NCBI GenBank assembly: GCA_045538335.1
Contig: JAZSRF010000013.1
Span: forward strand, 1 to 53,757
Origin: Clostridia bacterium
GTDB lineage: Bacteria; Bacillota; Clostridia; TANB77; CAG-465
Direction of reading: 5' to 3'
DNA length: 53,757 nt
Positions within the stretch are counted from its first letter, which is position 1. Every line of letters begins with the position of its first letter. Under the pieces are notes generated by a model. It searched no databases, had not been told where the DNA came from, and saw only the letters and a list, made by a program, of their open reading frames with translations. The position numbers and the translations under genes are program-made. Of this stretch, positions 30,542 to 41,218 are shown piece after piece.

Positions 30542-32368
30542 ATATGCGGTATATGTGGATATATAACCAAAGAAAAAATAATGCAAGATAATTTAATATA
30601 TAATGTGGCAGCTTGTCTAACAAATACTAGTGCTAATTCTAATAATATTAATACATATATAAACTTAAATGTTGCTTTAGGATATAGTGGTGATAAATTA
30701 CAACCTCTGACTCGTATTATTAACGGTGCTGAATATTCAATTGTCTATGAAGGTAGATTATATAACGGAGAAGAAATTAAAGAGGAACTTTTGGAACTAG
30801 GACACGTTTTTTTAACCAATACAGATGTTGAAATTATTCTACTATCTTACCTAGAGTATGGTAATGATTTTATAACTAAACTGGATGGTATTTTCTCTTT
30901 AGCCATTTATGATTTTGCAAACGAATGCCTTTTTATTGCAAGAGATAGACTTGGTATAAAACCGTTATATTATGCCGAATCTGATGATTTTGTATTCAGT
31001 AATAAAATAAAAGGAATTTTAAACCATCCCAATATAAAAGCAAAATTAGGGCAAGACGAACTCTGTGAAATATTCGGCTTGGGTCCGGCTCACTCACCTG
31101 GTAAGACATTTTTCAAAGGTATCTATGAAATTATGCCAGGACATTACGGCATATATGCAAATCACGAATTTAAAATATATAAATATTGGGATTTAGAAAC
31201 AACTGTTATGAAAGATAATATTGAACAGAGTATAGATAAAGCTAAAGTATTAGTAACCAACTCTTTAAAAAGAGAACTTGTATCAGATAAACCAATAGCT
31301 TGTATGTTATCTGGCGGTTTAGACTCTAGTGTTCTATCAATGCTCGCCGCAAAAGAAAAAGAAACTTTAACAACCTTTTCAATAGACTTTGAAGGAAATG
31401 AAAGTAATTTTTCAGGAACAGACTACCAACCAACACGCGATAGTGACTTTGTTGTAGTAATGAGAGAGTTTCTTAAAACTAATCACATTAATTTATACTT
31501 TTCAACCGAAGAAATTTTCGACTCTCTAAAAGATGCTATGTTATCACGTGAAATGCCTGGTATGGCTGATGTAGACTCATCACTACTTGTGTTTTGTAAA
31601 AAGATAAAAGAATGTGGTTTTGATGCAGTAATATCTGGTGAATGTTCAGATGAAATATTTGGTGGTTATCCTTGGTATTACAAAGAACATTTAATAAATT
31701 CTTCTACCTTCCCTTGGTCACGTTCAATAGAAACACGAAAAAATATTATAAACCCAAATCTTGTATCAGTTGACTATTTACAAAGCTATATCGAGAATGC
31801 ATTTCAGACTACTTCCAACTGTGTTGTATTGAGTAGCGATGATGAAATGGAAAATAAATTTAGAAAAACTTGTTATAATACAATTAAATGGTTCATGAAT
31901 ACACTTGTAGAAAGAAGTGTTAGAATTTCAGATATGACAGGTTTAGATATACGCGTCCCTTTTGCAGATTACAGAATATTTGAGTATATATATAACGTGT
32001 CTGCAAAATACAAATTAGGATTAATTAATAGTAATGACACACCCGTTGAAAAATATCTTCTTAGAAAAGCTTTTGAAAATGAATTACCACCAGGTGTTGT
32101 GTATAGAAAAAAATCTCCATTCCCTAAAACTTATGACCCACAATATACAAAGTTATTAGAAGATACTATTATAGATATTATTAACAAATCTACTTCTCCT
32201 CTGCTTCAAATTATTAATATAAGGTATCTATATGAAATATTAGAAACCAAAGGGGAAAATTTAAAAGAAAATTGGTTTGGTCAGCTTATGACATATCCTC
32301 AAACACTTGCATATCTAATACAAATAAATATGTGGCTTGAAGAGTATAATGTTGAGATAGATATATAG
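30542..32368 (+). CDS. asnB: Asparagine synthetase B family protein (AsnO-like) with degenerate glutaminase domain and atypical start
   Basis: In-frame ATA TGC GGT ATA TGT GGA (xCGICG) behind GGAGGT; ARDRLGIKPLYY, LSGGLDSS, SGECSDEIFGGY, RKKSPFPK. Confidence 0.85.
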   Translation: MCGICGYITKEKIMQDNLIYNVAACLTNTSANSNNINTYINLNVALGYSGDKLQPLTRIINGAEYSIVYEGRLYNGEEIKEELLELGHVFLTNTDVEIILLSYLEYGNDFITKLDGIFSLAIYDFANECLFIARDRLGIKPLYYAESDDFVFSNKIKGILNHPNIKAKLGQDELCEIFGLGPAHSPGKTFFKGIYEIMPGHYGIYANHEFKIYKYWDLETTVMKDNIEQSIDKAKVLVTNSLKRELVSDKPIACMLSGGLDSSVLSMLAAKEKETLTTFSIDFEGNESNFSGTDYQPTRDSDFVVVMREFLKTNHINLYFSTEEIFDSLKDAMLSREMPGMADVDSSLLVFCKKIKECGFDAVISGECSDEIFGGYPWYYKEHLINSSTFPWSRSIETRKNIINPNLVSVDYLQSYIENAFQTTSNCVVLSSDDEMENKFRKTCYNTIKWFMNTLVERSVRISDMTGLDIRVPFADYRIFEYIYNVSAKYKLGLINSNDTPVEKYLLRKAFENELPPGVVYRKKSPFPKTYDPQYTKLLEDTIIDIINKSTSPLLQIINIRYLYEILETKGENLKENWFGQLMTYPQTLAYLIQINMWLEEYNVEIDI

Positions 32369-32377
32369 CTATATACA

Positions 32378-32440
32378 TATCATTTTCGTAATATCACGAA
32401 AATGATAGCAGCAAGTAGATTAATTCTACTTGCTGTTATT
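32378..32440. terminator. Two adjacent hairpins between convergent asnB and PHP genes
   Basis: TATCATTTTCGT/ACGAAAATGATA and AGCAGCAAGTAGA/TCTACTTGCTGTT. Confidence 0.7.
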
Positions 32441-32446
32441 TTTTTA

Positions 32447-33325
32447 TTATATTAACTTTTCTTGTATATTCCAGTCATCCAATATGTTCTTTGGTATATT
32501 CAAATTACCATATCCTACACCAATTTTTCGTTCATTTCTTTTATCCCCATGGCAATCACTTCCGCCGCTTATAAGCAACTTGTGCTTATTACAATATGTT
32601 TCAAGAGTTTTAATTTCTTCATCACTAAAACTAGAATGATATACTTCGACACCATCTATTATTCCGTTATTTTTTAAAATATCTAAAAAACTAATTGTAT
32701 CTTCTAAGTTATATTTATATATATGTGCTATAAATACCTTACCACCTGCTTTTTTTACCATGTTGGTAACTATATTTGCCGCAGGGAAATGTATACTAAA
32801 ATCTACATATGCTGGAAAATCAGATTTTGTAATACATGACTCATAAAACACATCGATATCTTCCCATTCTTCTTTAGTGAAATATATTTTGTTTTCTTCA
32901 AACTTTTTGATGCTTTCAAATATTATATCTACCGGCCAACCCTTAGACATGTCATATGACAAGTTTTCTATTTGCAAATTATGTTTTTTACAATTATTAT
33001 ACATATAATCAAATTCTTTATTTAAATCTAGCTTTCCATCTTTATATGTATCAATTATCCATTCTTTTAATTTATCTACGTCAAAACCATAAGCTAGCAA
33101 TTCAAATTTGATTCCGTTATATACTGCACTTAGTTCAACACCAGGAAGTATTTTTCCTTTAAACAATGATTTGTATGATATATTTTCTAATTCTTCATAT
33201 GCCTTTAATGTATCATGGTCAGTTATAGATAAAACTTCAACTCCTGCTTTATCTGCTTCAAGCAAGAGTTTTATTAAATCCCATGTTCCATCTGAATAAT
33301 TCGTATGTGTATGTAGATCTATCAT
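32447..33325 (-). CDS. PHP-domain metal-dependent phosphoesterase
   Basis: IDLHTHTNYSDG, SITDHD, GVELS, IAH, SGGSDCHG. Confidence 0.92.
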   Translation of the reverse strand: MIDLHTHTNYSDGTWDLIKLLLEADKAGVEVLSITDHDTLKAYEELENISYKSLFKGKILPGVELSAVYNGIKFELLAYGFDVDKLKEWIIDTYKDGKLDLNKEFDYMYNNCKKHNLQIENLSYDMSKGWPVDIIFESIKKFEENKIYFTKEEWEDIDVFYESCITKSDFPAYVDFSIHFPAANIVTNMVKKAGGKVFIAHIYKYNLEDTISFLDILKNNGIIDGVEVYHSSFSDEEIKTLETYCNKHKLLISGGSDCHGDKRNERKIGVGYGNLNIPKNILDDWNIQEKLI

Positions 33326-33348
33326 TTTACTTCTCCTGGATATATCTT

Positions 33349-35058
33349 TTAATTATTAGGAAGTGTTATATAGAATCTGGTTCCACGTCCCGTTTTTGTG
33401 TCGAAAGTAATTTTTCCTCCGAAGCTTCCTCTTATTACAGAGTTGGCAAGATATAGACCTACACCTGCAGTAGGCATATCATTTACTCTTACTATTTTCT
33501 TAAATATCATAGGTCTAATTTCTTCTTTAATTCCGCCAGCCCAATCTTCTATCTTTATAACTGGTCTATTTACATCATCTCTATATATTTCTATATCTAT
33601 AATTCCACCTTTATCTTTATAAGCTTCTATTGCATTTTGTATAATATTAGATAGTACTTGGGCAAGTTTTGAAGTATTACCAGCAATCCATATATCTTGT
33701 TCAGATTTAATATCTAATCTTACATTGTTTTTAGCAAGCTCACCATGCATAATTACATATAAATCTTTTATTAAGTCTTGTAAACTAAATTCTGTATTCG
33801 AATTACTTCCAAAGTTCCTCATTTGGTTTTTAAGGCTGTTTACTAGACTAGAAATCTTATCTGCAGAGTTAGTCATGCTTTCAATAAGCTGTTTTTCAAT
33901 ATCTGTTTTAACAGTACTTCTAAGCATTAGTAGACCACTCTTTATTGCAGTAATAGGTGTATTTATATCATGAGCTACTCCTCCGGTAAGTTCCCCTATT
34001 ACCTCAAGGTTTTCACTTTTTACATATCTATCTATAGCATTCTTCTGTTCTGTTATATCTTGAAAAACTAAAAGTGTTGCTATATATCCATTAGTTGTTC
34101 TCGCCCTAATCGGTTGAACTTGTACATCAAAATATCTGTCATATTTTTGTTTTACTATGTGATATTCCTGAACAACTACTCCTCCCTTATCTTCTGCATC
34201 CATAATATGTGTTCTCAAGTTTTTTAATGATGTTATTCCCTCATACTTAATAGCATCAAATATATTACTGTTTTTATCCAAATTTAATATACTACCAAAC
34301 TTACTATTAAAACTTCTATTTTTATCTACTATCTCACCAACATCGTCAATTACAACAAACGCATCGGACATTATATCTATAACACTGTTAAGTGCTATTG
34401 GAACTGCATTTAGTACGTTATATTTTAATATATCCAAAGATAATACTAAGGCCGTTAGCATATATGCTATTGGCATAGTATATTCTGGCATAGGGATGTT
34501 CGCAATTAACGTTACTATTCTAGGTATAAAAGGTATTATACAAGCTAGTATAAGAAGCAATGTTTGTGGTGATAAAAATTTACTTTTATCCATTGATGAA
34601 CGTATTATTAAAAGTATTGCTGGTATAACCTGAATATATGCCAGTGCCACATATACATAATATAGCACACCATAAACTGTATTAATACCTATGCTTTCAA
34701 AAAACATCCCGTGCCAAGAATTAGTCCATACAGAAACTATTATATATACTGGTATAAAGAAAACCCAAGCATATTTTTTAACTTCTACCCTAGGATTTTC
34801 ATATACCAACGCAAATATTAGTAAAAGTGTTGGTATAAAAGCTTTACCAATACAAATTATATATTCAAAATATATGAGAGGTATTCTTAGTGTGTCTGCA
34901 AATGTAAGTTGCAAAAACACACCAAGAGTCTCTATAAGTATTGCTATAAACAAATATGCTAATACTTTATACACATTAGATTTATTTCTTCTCTCATACA
35001 AAAATACTACAAGTACATATATGGTAGCAATTGCTACTCCTATTAATGTTTGTACCAT
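33349..35058 (-). CDS. Orphan sensor histidine kinase (HisKA_7TM-type membrane domain, PAS, HisKA, HATPase)
   Basis: WTNSWHGMFF in the 7TM region; H-box VAHDINTP; N-box QVLSNIIQNA; G boxes EDWAGGI and AGVGLY. Confidence 0.9.
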   Translation of the reverse strand: MVQTLIGVAIATIYVLVVFLYERRNKSNVYKVLAYLFIAILIETLGVFLQLTFADTLRIPLIYFEYIICIGKAFIPTLLLIFALVYENPRVEVKKYAWVFFIPVYIIVSVWTNSWHGMFFESIGINTVYGVLYYVYVALAYIQVIPAILLIIRSSMDKSKFLSPQTLLLILACIIPFIPRIVTLIANIPMPEYTMPIAYMLTALVLSLDILKYNVLNAVPIALNSVIDIMSDAFVVIDDVGEIVDKNRSFNSKFGSILNLDKNSNIFDAIKYEGITSLKNLRTHIMDAEDKGGVVVQEYHIVKQKYDRYFDVQVQPIRARTTNGYIATLLVFQDITEQKNAIDRYVKSENLEVIGELTGGVAHDINTPITAIKSGLLMLRSTVKTDIEKQLIESMTNSADKISSLVNSLKNQMRNFGSNSNTEFSLQDLIKDLYVIMHGELAKNNVRLDIKSEQDIWIAGNTSKLAQVLSNIIQNAIEAYKDKGGIIDIEIYRDDVNRPVIKIEDWAGGIKEEIRPMIFKKIVRVNDMPTAGVGLYLANSVIRGSFGGKITFDTKTGRGTRFYITLPNN

Positions 35059-35243
35059 TATTTCCCCCTATTATCTTTTGTAAATTTTATTGGTTTAAGT
35101 TTATCACATATATATTTTTTATTCTATATTTTTAGACAAATTTGTAGAAAATATATTGAAATGCTACTATTATATATTTTAACTTTTATATTGACTTCTA
35201 ACATTTATTTTGATATATTATCTTAAATTTTGAGGAGGTTGTT

Positions 35244-35729
35244 ATGAAAGACATTGAAATAAAAACAAATGATTCTAAGTTTAAATATAGAGTAAATGGA
35301 CTTGTTATAAACAACAATAAATTACTTACTTTAAAAATGAATAATAATACTTCATATTGTTTACCAGGAGGGCATGTTGAATTAGGCGAAAATACACATG
35401 CTGCTATAATAAGAGAAATGGCAGAAGAATTAAATACAAATGTTGCTATAAAGTCTGAATTTGCTTTTGTAGAGAGCTTTTATGCTGATAAAAACAATCT
35501 TAAAACACATGAATTAAGTTTATATTATATTGTAGAGCCTGAAAATTATGACCATATCTCTTTAACAGATTATACAATAGAAGAACTAGATAATGGCGTT
35601 TTAAAGAAGCACAACTTTGTTTGGCTGGACATTGCTGATATTGATAATGTAGACTTTAGACCTTCGTTTATTAAAGAAAAACTTGCAAACAACAATTTTG
35701 ATTTTGAACATATAATTATAACAGACTAA
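35244..35729 (+). CDS. NUDIX hydrolase
   Basis: Nudix box GGHVELGENTHAAIIREMAEELN. Confidence 0.92.
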   Translation: MKDIEIKTNDSKFKYRVNGLVINNNKLLTLKMNNNTSYCLPGGHVELGENTHAAIIREMAEELNTNVAIKSEFAFVESFYADKNNLKTHELSLYYIVEPENYDHISLTDYTIEELDNGVLKKHNFVWLDIADIDNVDFRPSFIKEKLANNNFDFEHIIITD

Positions 35730-35751
35730 TGGAGTTCTCTCATTAGTCTGT
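35721..35751. terminator. Terminator between convergent NUDIX and PfkB-SIS genes
   Basis: ACAGACTAATG / CATTAGTCTGT inverted repeat. Confidence 0.7.
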
Positions 35752-35774
35752 TCTTCAATCAATTAATCATATAT

Positions 35775-37760
35775 TTATAACTTTCCACTATATTTATATA
35801 TAACCATAGAATCTTCAGTATAATCCGGTTTAGATAAATCAATATTTAAAAGTTTTGATATATTAGCAACAAAATACTGTACTGCTATTAACAAATCATA
35901 TTCTGCGATTAAACCTTCATATTGGGACTCAATTGTTATCATCATATTACTATTTTTATTTAGATAATTTATTAGTTTTTCTTCATAATTATCCTTTTTA
36001 CTAGTTTTCAAATATACTATAGCATCACTACAAAAATGCTCATTTACAATAAATCTACCGTGTGAAAAATTTTTCTTTTCATGCATATCAATCCTATATA
36101 TCCCCGACTCCGTTAATTTGGACTCTAGATCAAAAGATGCTGTATCTACGTTATCACCATAAAATATATCAATTAAATTTTTCTTTTCTAAAACTCTTGA
36201 TAATTCTTTTTTGTTTTCTTTAAAATATTTATCAAAATATTCTTTCCAATACTCAAATCTATTTAATACAAATTCTCCAAAAGACAGATTATTGTTTTTA
36301 GAATCAAAATACAATTTTGCAAACAGAGTTGCTGGCGCTACTGTTCCTTCAAAAGATAAAAAGCCTCTTTCTCTTCCTTGCGCATGTAATGCATTACAAT
36401 ATGAAATCACATTAACATCTGGATTAACATATTTTAATTTAACTTTTTCTTCCTTTTGTTTTGTTATAATAGTACATTTAGTATCTAAGTTATTTAATAC
36501 ATAGACTATATCTGGGCTAGTGCCTGAATACGAAAATGCGTAAACATTTTTAATATCCTTATTATTTCTATACATCATATCTCGTGGATTTAAAAATAAA
36601 GTTGTGTTAGAATACAATTCATTTACTACCTTTGCAGCAAAACAAGCTGCTGCTCTAGAACCACCAGAGCCCAAAAAAGCGTATGTTCCATTTTTAGCAT
36701 TTTCTTCAATATCTAATTTTATTTTTTTATAAGCTTCAGATTCCAGTGCTCTCGTAACTCTATTATATAAGTTAGAAATATTCACTAAAGCTTTTTTCCT
36801 TGTTCTTTTTAAATCTGTATCTTTACTATTACATCCACATATACATTTGTCCTGTTTTATTTCTTTACTATAAAGTTCTTCTAAAGTTCCCCTCGCACCT
36901 AATACAGTTACCACCTTGCCAGACAACTTCGCCGCATTATTATATGCCTCTCTTATCATGTTATCAGCTATAATAAACTTATTCTTAATATAAGCTCTTA
37001 TTATTTCTGAATAGAAAGAATCTCCTGCACCACTAGGGTCGTATTCTTTAGATATACTATTGGTTTCAAAGAAAACTTCTTTATCGTTATATATAAATGT
37101 GGCCCCTTTCTTTCCGTGCGTAATAGTTATCAATTCCGAATTAAATATTTGTTGTAATTCTTTATAACTATTTAATTTAAATTTATTGTATAGAAATATT
37201 GCTACTCTCTCATTTAATTGAACAACATTGAATTTATTTGATAATTTTTCTTTTAATTCGCTTAATGTTAGATATTTAAGATTCCCTATTTGACCAATAT
37301 CTATTAATACTTTTGCTCCTACTTTATTGAATTTATTTACTATATTTAAATTAACTTTGTTTATAGTATCTACTATTACCACATTGTCACTATCTAACAA
37401 TTTTTTTGGAATATTTTCTGGGACCTTTGTATCATCATACCATTTTTTATCTCCACATATTGGGCATGACTTTTTAGATTTCATTTCACAATTCAATTCA
37501 TTTTTTATGCTTACAAAAAATCTTCTGGTAGGTATGTCTTTTATTAAAATATTACTTGTATTTACTCCAAGTCTTTCTAGACTTTTAGTCGCAACATTTC
37601 CCTCAAAATCATTTCCACATACTCCATAAGCATACGTTTCAAATTCATTTGCAAGATGCGCTATTATATTAAATGACGTCATACCACCACAAGTTCCTTT
37701 AAATTCATCATTTACAAAATAGTAATCTGTTACTAAATCTCCAACACCAATTATTTTCAT
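35775..37760 (-). CDS. PfkB/ribokinase-family kinase fused to SIS sugar-phosphate-binding domains
   Basis: GGMTSFN, ITHGKKGA, DPSGAGDSF; CPICG insert; SIS-like FLGSGGS, FSYSGTSPD, KNFSHGRF. Confidence 0.8.
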   Translation of the reverse strand: MKIIGVGDLVTDYYFVNDEFKGTCGGMTSFNIIAHLANEFETYAYGVCGNDFEGNVATKSLERLGVNTSNILIKDIPTRRFFVSIKNELNCEMKSKKSCPICGDKKWYDDTKVPENIPKKLLDSDNVVIVDTINKVNLNIVNKFNKVGAKVLIDIGQIGNLKYLTLSELKEKLSNKFNVVQLNERVAIFLYNKFKLNSYKELQQIFNSELITITHGKKGATFIYNDKEVFFETNSISKEYDPSGAGDSFYSEIIRAYIKNKFIIADNMIREAYNNAAKLSGKVVTVLGARGTLEELYSKEIKQDKCICGCNSKDTDLKRTRKKALVNISNLYNRVTRALESEAYKKIKLDIEENAKNGTYAFLGSGGSRAAACFAAKVVNELYSNTTLFLNPRDMMYRNNKDIKNVYAFSYSGTSPDIVYVLNNLDTKCTIITKQKEEKVKLKYVNPDVNVISYCNALHAQGRERGFLSFEGTVAPATLFAKLYFDSKNNNLSFGEFVLNRFEYWKEYFDKYFKENKKELSRVLEKKNLIDIFYGDNVDTASFDLESKLTESGIYRIDMHEKKNFSHGRFIVNEHFCSDAIVYLKTSKKDNYEEKLINYLNKNSNMMITIESQYEGLIAEYDLLIAVQYFVANISKLLNIDLSKPDYTEDSMVIYKYSGKL

Positions 37761-37765
37761 AAATT

Positions 37766-38704
37766 TTACCTTTCCCCATCAAAATCTAAATCTCTTAATA
37801 GTTTTTTTGTAGCTTTAGTTCCCTTTATTATTTCACCATCTTCTCCCATTACAGGTAACACCTCTGGTATAGAACTTTCAATCTCATCTACAGAAAAACC
37901 CGCATATAATTTAAGCATATTAAAATCATTTCCGTGCACTTTTCCTTGGTCACCTAATTTTATCACATCTGTATCTTTTATTCCATACCTTTCTTCAAAA
38001 AATTTTACCGCTCTTAATTTATCTGCAATAGATAATTCCCATATTAACTTATCTTTATGTTTACCTTTAAGCACAGATATCTCTTCTGCCAAATCCGTCT
38101 TGCAAAGCACTTCTTTCAGCGCAAGTGTCATTGCATCATAATCTTCAACTTCGTCATAATTAAAAGCAAACCTTAAGCTCATATCTCCACTACTTTTGAT
38201 AGACCTAGAAACAAATTCTGTTAAATCTCCTTTTACCAACCCAAGTCCTTTTACACTGGTTATATATTCTCTTCTTAAAACATCCTTCATTTTAGTATAT
38301 CTTTCAAGAATGGTGTCACTTACTATCACTTGTTCAGAGTCTAAAAAATCTTTTGATGTATCTAGAAATATAGCCCCATTACTAGTCGCACATGTTATAT
38401 TTTTTACATCCATTTTTCTGTCTTTCATATATCTATATACTTGCATTAGAACTTCTCTACTTTTTGTTCTACCCATACCAGTTATAAAACATAAACTCGT
38501 ATTGCGTTCTAATAATTCATAAAATATTGACAACATTTCTTCATCTATAATTTCATGTTCTCTTATTGTTTTATCTACATCTAAACATACAGCAGAATAA
38601 GTTTTTGCAAACAACTCTTCAAAATATTGTAATGCGTATGCTCCTTTTACACTGTCAGATTTTATCCTTTTATATGCCATAGCATATTTTGTTATATCAA
38701 TCAT
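37766..38704 (-). CDS. HAD-superfamily phosphatase (Cof/IIB-like)
   Basis: Motif I CLDVDKT, motif II FITG, SNGA, conserved K in DK, motif IV GDQG...NDFNML. Confidence 0.8.
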   Translation of the reverse strand: MIDITKYAMAYKRIKSDSVKGAYALQYFEELFAKTYSAVCLDVDKTIREHEIIDEEMLSIFYELLERNTSLCFITGMGRTKSREVLMQVYRYMKDRKMDVKNITCATSNGAIFLDTSKDFLDSEQVIVSDTILERYTKMKDVLRREYITSVKGLGLVKGDLTEFVSRSIKSSGDMSLRFAFNYDEVEDYDAMTLALKEVLCKTDLAEEISVLKGKHKDKLIWELSIADKLRAVKFFEERYGIKDTDVIKLGDQGKVHGNDFNMLKLYAGFSVDEIESSIPEVLPVMGEDGEIIKGTKATKKLLRDLDFDGER

Positions 38705-41102
38705 AATTTATACTTTCAACTCCTAATTCCTTAGTAACTTTACTTCCTTTCTTAAATTTACCGTTTTTATATAAAAATTCACAAACTCTTCTCTTTCTTA
38801 TGTCAAATATTCCAAATTCATCTTTGTATGGCGCACCCTTTTTAGCATCAACCTGTTCTCTTACATCATATCCAACTTTTGTATATGGGCTAGGAAATAA
38901 TAGTCCATTAATATATGTGAAAAATTTTGTTGTATCAATAGCACCGTGGTCATTATTGAACATATGCGCTACTCTATTCATAGATGGATATCTGACCGCT
39001 ATTATATCGTCTACATTAATACCATTATTAAAAAGGCCATTTAATGCTATTTGTAATGTTTTACCCGTAAGTACATTATCGTCTGAAACAATGTTATGAC
39101 CGTCTAAACTTCTTCTATCTCCAAGAATTGTAAATCTTTCATCTGAAAACTCTTTAATTGGCTTACTATGTCTTTGAGAATAGTTTCCCCCATGCATAAC
39201 TGCTCCCAAAATTATATTTGTTTGATTCTCTAATATCCCTTTTGCAATAAAAGGTAATTCTAAGCCTCCATACATCATTCCATTAAAAGAAACATCTTTG
39301 CTTGATAAATTCGGGTTTCTTTTTTTGATTGTATCTATAGCATATTGCATCGTTAATCTGTTTTCACCATAACAATCAATCTCTCTATATGTTCTAAAAC
39401 ACTTTCCATTAAGTTTTGCATTGTCTTTAGTTAATATTCCATTTACCGACTTGCTATATATACCTTTAATATCTCCCAATACTTGTAGCATTTGCTCATC
39501 TTGGCCTGAAATGTCTATAGAAGTATCTAGGCTTTCCATTATTCTAGAAACATTTTCACATATCTCAACCCATTTATTAATATCTTCATTTTTTCTATAT
39601 GTATCGAACAGTATATGTACATTAGTTCCATTAAATTCATTTACCATAGTTGCATTAAGCATTATTAAGGAAAGATTTCTAATATTATCCATAATTGCAA
39701 GCTTAAATCTCCTATTTACTGAAGAATTAGGCAGTTCTTGTTTTAATGCTTGTGTAAATTGTTCCATTAAATCTAAATAATTAGTATGCCACTGACTAAC
39801 ATCTTCATTACTTAAGCCATCCTTTGTAGTTGAATTTGCCAAAAAATAATAATACTCATCTGCTCCTCTTAAAATTACCGAATTATTATTTTGCAATTTA
39901 TGTGAATATTTACCACCTTGGTTTTGTTCAAATATTTCTTTAAATGGATTGTTATCATCTATAAGTTCCCATTCATAATCTGCAAATTTAACTCCACCTG
40001 TGTTTTTATCATATACATCATAGATGCCGTTTGGAACTTCAAATAAGTATGCATATTTGGCATTTCCTTCTTGTAATATTTGAGTTCTATTTTCAACAAT
40101 ATGTTTTTCAGCTATAGCCAATTGGCGTCTTTGTCTTTCATAATCTGCCTTTTCCAAACATATAGTTGGTGTTATTTTTAATTGTTCTAATAAATATACT
40201 GTACCCTGGATACCTTCTAATTTTTTTCCTTGCTCATCTATTATAGGGAAACATGCATATGGTTCATCAGAAATTGCCCCAGTACTAAAAGCTTGTGATA
40301 CATTTAAAATTTCATAATCGTTTCCTCTATGAGCACCTTCATCACATATCCTCACCATAGAGTTCTCAGGTATACCCAATATATACTCTGCCTGCCTTAT
40401 TGATTCCGAGTTGTCTGTAACCCCAATTTGATATACTTTGTCTCCTTCATAGTGTCCCATAGACGCTTTATATATATCTTTCATTGTTGGGCTATAGCTT
40501 CTTATTACTGCCGCTAGTTCTTCTAATAATTGTTCTTCCACAGTTTTATCTTTTATTCTAAATCTAACATTTGTAATACGCTCTAAACTCTCACTATATG
40601 AAGGTATAACTATTACTTTATCGCCAAATTTTTCACTTATTATTTTAACCATAGGCTCGCTTAAAAATGTTAACTCTTTTACATATTCAGGATTAGCCAA
40701 AAGTTTTACAACATCTAAACACTCTCCTGTTTCGCCTGATGTATATAACAATATTGCTCCATTATTACATACACAAGATATTTGATTAAGTTTTAAATCT
40801 TCTATAGAATACTGTTCTTTTAAATTAGATAGCAATTCGTTTACAAATTCCCTAGTAGAACTTTCCCCTCTGCCTGTTGTAAATACAATAGGTACATTTT
40901 TGTTTAATAACTTATATAATATCTCTAAAGTACCCTCAGAAGCTAATTTTTCATCAACTAATGTTCCATCAATATCTATACAAACAGCGTTATATCTCAT
41001 TTTAAACGTATCTTCTAAAACACTTCTTAATTTTGTCTTTTCTTCTTCACCTAAACCTTTTAATTTAGCAACCTCTTCTACATATTTTTCTATGTCTATC
41101 AT
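38697..41102 (-). CDS. HAD-like domain fused to a C-terminal phosphoribosyltransferase-like domain
   Basis: CIDIDGTL, FTTGRG, NNGA, CDEG...NDYEIL; C-terminal GMMYGGLELP and PRPP-loop-like IVSDDNVLTGKTL. Confidence 0.75.
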   Translation of the reverse strand: MIDIEKYVEEVAKLKGLGEEEKTKLRSVLEDTFKMRYNAVCIDIDGTLVDEKLASEGTLEILYKLLNKNVPIVFTTGRGESSTREFVNELLSNLKEQYSIEDLKLNQISCVCNNGAILLYTSGETGECLDVVKLLANPEYVKELTFLSEPMVKIISEKFGDKVIVIPSYSESLERITNVRFRIKDKTVEEQLLEELAAVIRSYSPTMKDIYKASMGHYEGDKVYQIGVTDNSESIRQAEYILGIPENSMVRICDEGAHRGNDYEILNVSQAFSTGAISDEPYACFPIIDEQGKKLEGIQGTVYLLEQLKITPTICLEKADYERQRRQLAIAEKHIVENRTQILQEGNAKYAYLFEVPNGIYDVYDKNTGGVKFADYEWELIDDNNPFKEIFEQNQGGKYSHKLQNNNSVILRGADEYYYFLANSTTKDGLSNEDVSQWHTNYLDLMEQFTQALKQELPNSSVNRRFKLAIMDNIRNLSLIMLNATMVNEFNGTNVHILFDTYRKNEDINKWVEICENVSRIMESLDTSIDISGQDEQMLQVLGDIKGIYSKSVNGILTKDNAKLNGKCFRTYREIDCYGENRLTMQYAIDTIKKRNPNLSSKDVSFNGMMYGGLELPFIAKGILENQTNIILGAVMHGGNYSQRHSKPIKEFSDERFTILGDRRSLDGHNIVSDDNVLTGKTLQIALNGLFNNGINVDDIIAVRYPSMNRVAHMFNNDHGAIDTTKFFTYINGLLFPSPYTKVGYDVREQVDAKKGAPYKDEFGIFDIRKRRVCEFLYKNGKFKKGSKVTKELGVESINYD

Positions 41103-41124
41103 ATTATTTTACCTCTTTACTAAA

Positions 41125-41153
41125 AGAATAGCATATATAAATATTTCTTTCAA
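41125..41153 (-). promoter_or_regulatory. sigmaA promoter of the HAD/PfkB operon
   Basis: TTGAAA-17-TATTCT with TG extension. Confidence 0.55.
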
Positions 41154-41187
41154 GTTATTTATTACATATTTTTACATTTTATGCCAA

Positions 41188-41218
41188 AAAATAAAGGACT
41201 ATTTCTAGTCCTTTATTT
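41188..41218 (-). terminator. Terminator after the NRPS-kinase operon
   Basis: AAATAAAGGACT / AGTCCTTTATTT plus U-tract, overlapping the kinase stop codon. Confidence 0.7.
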
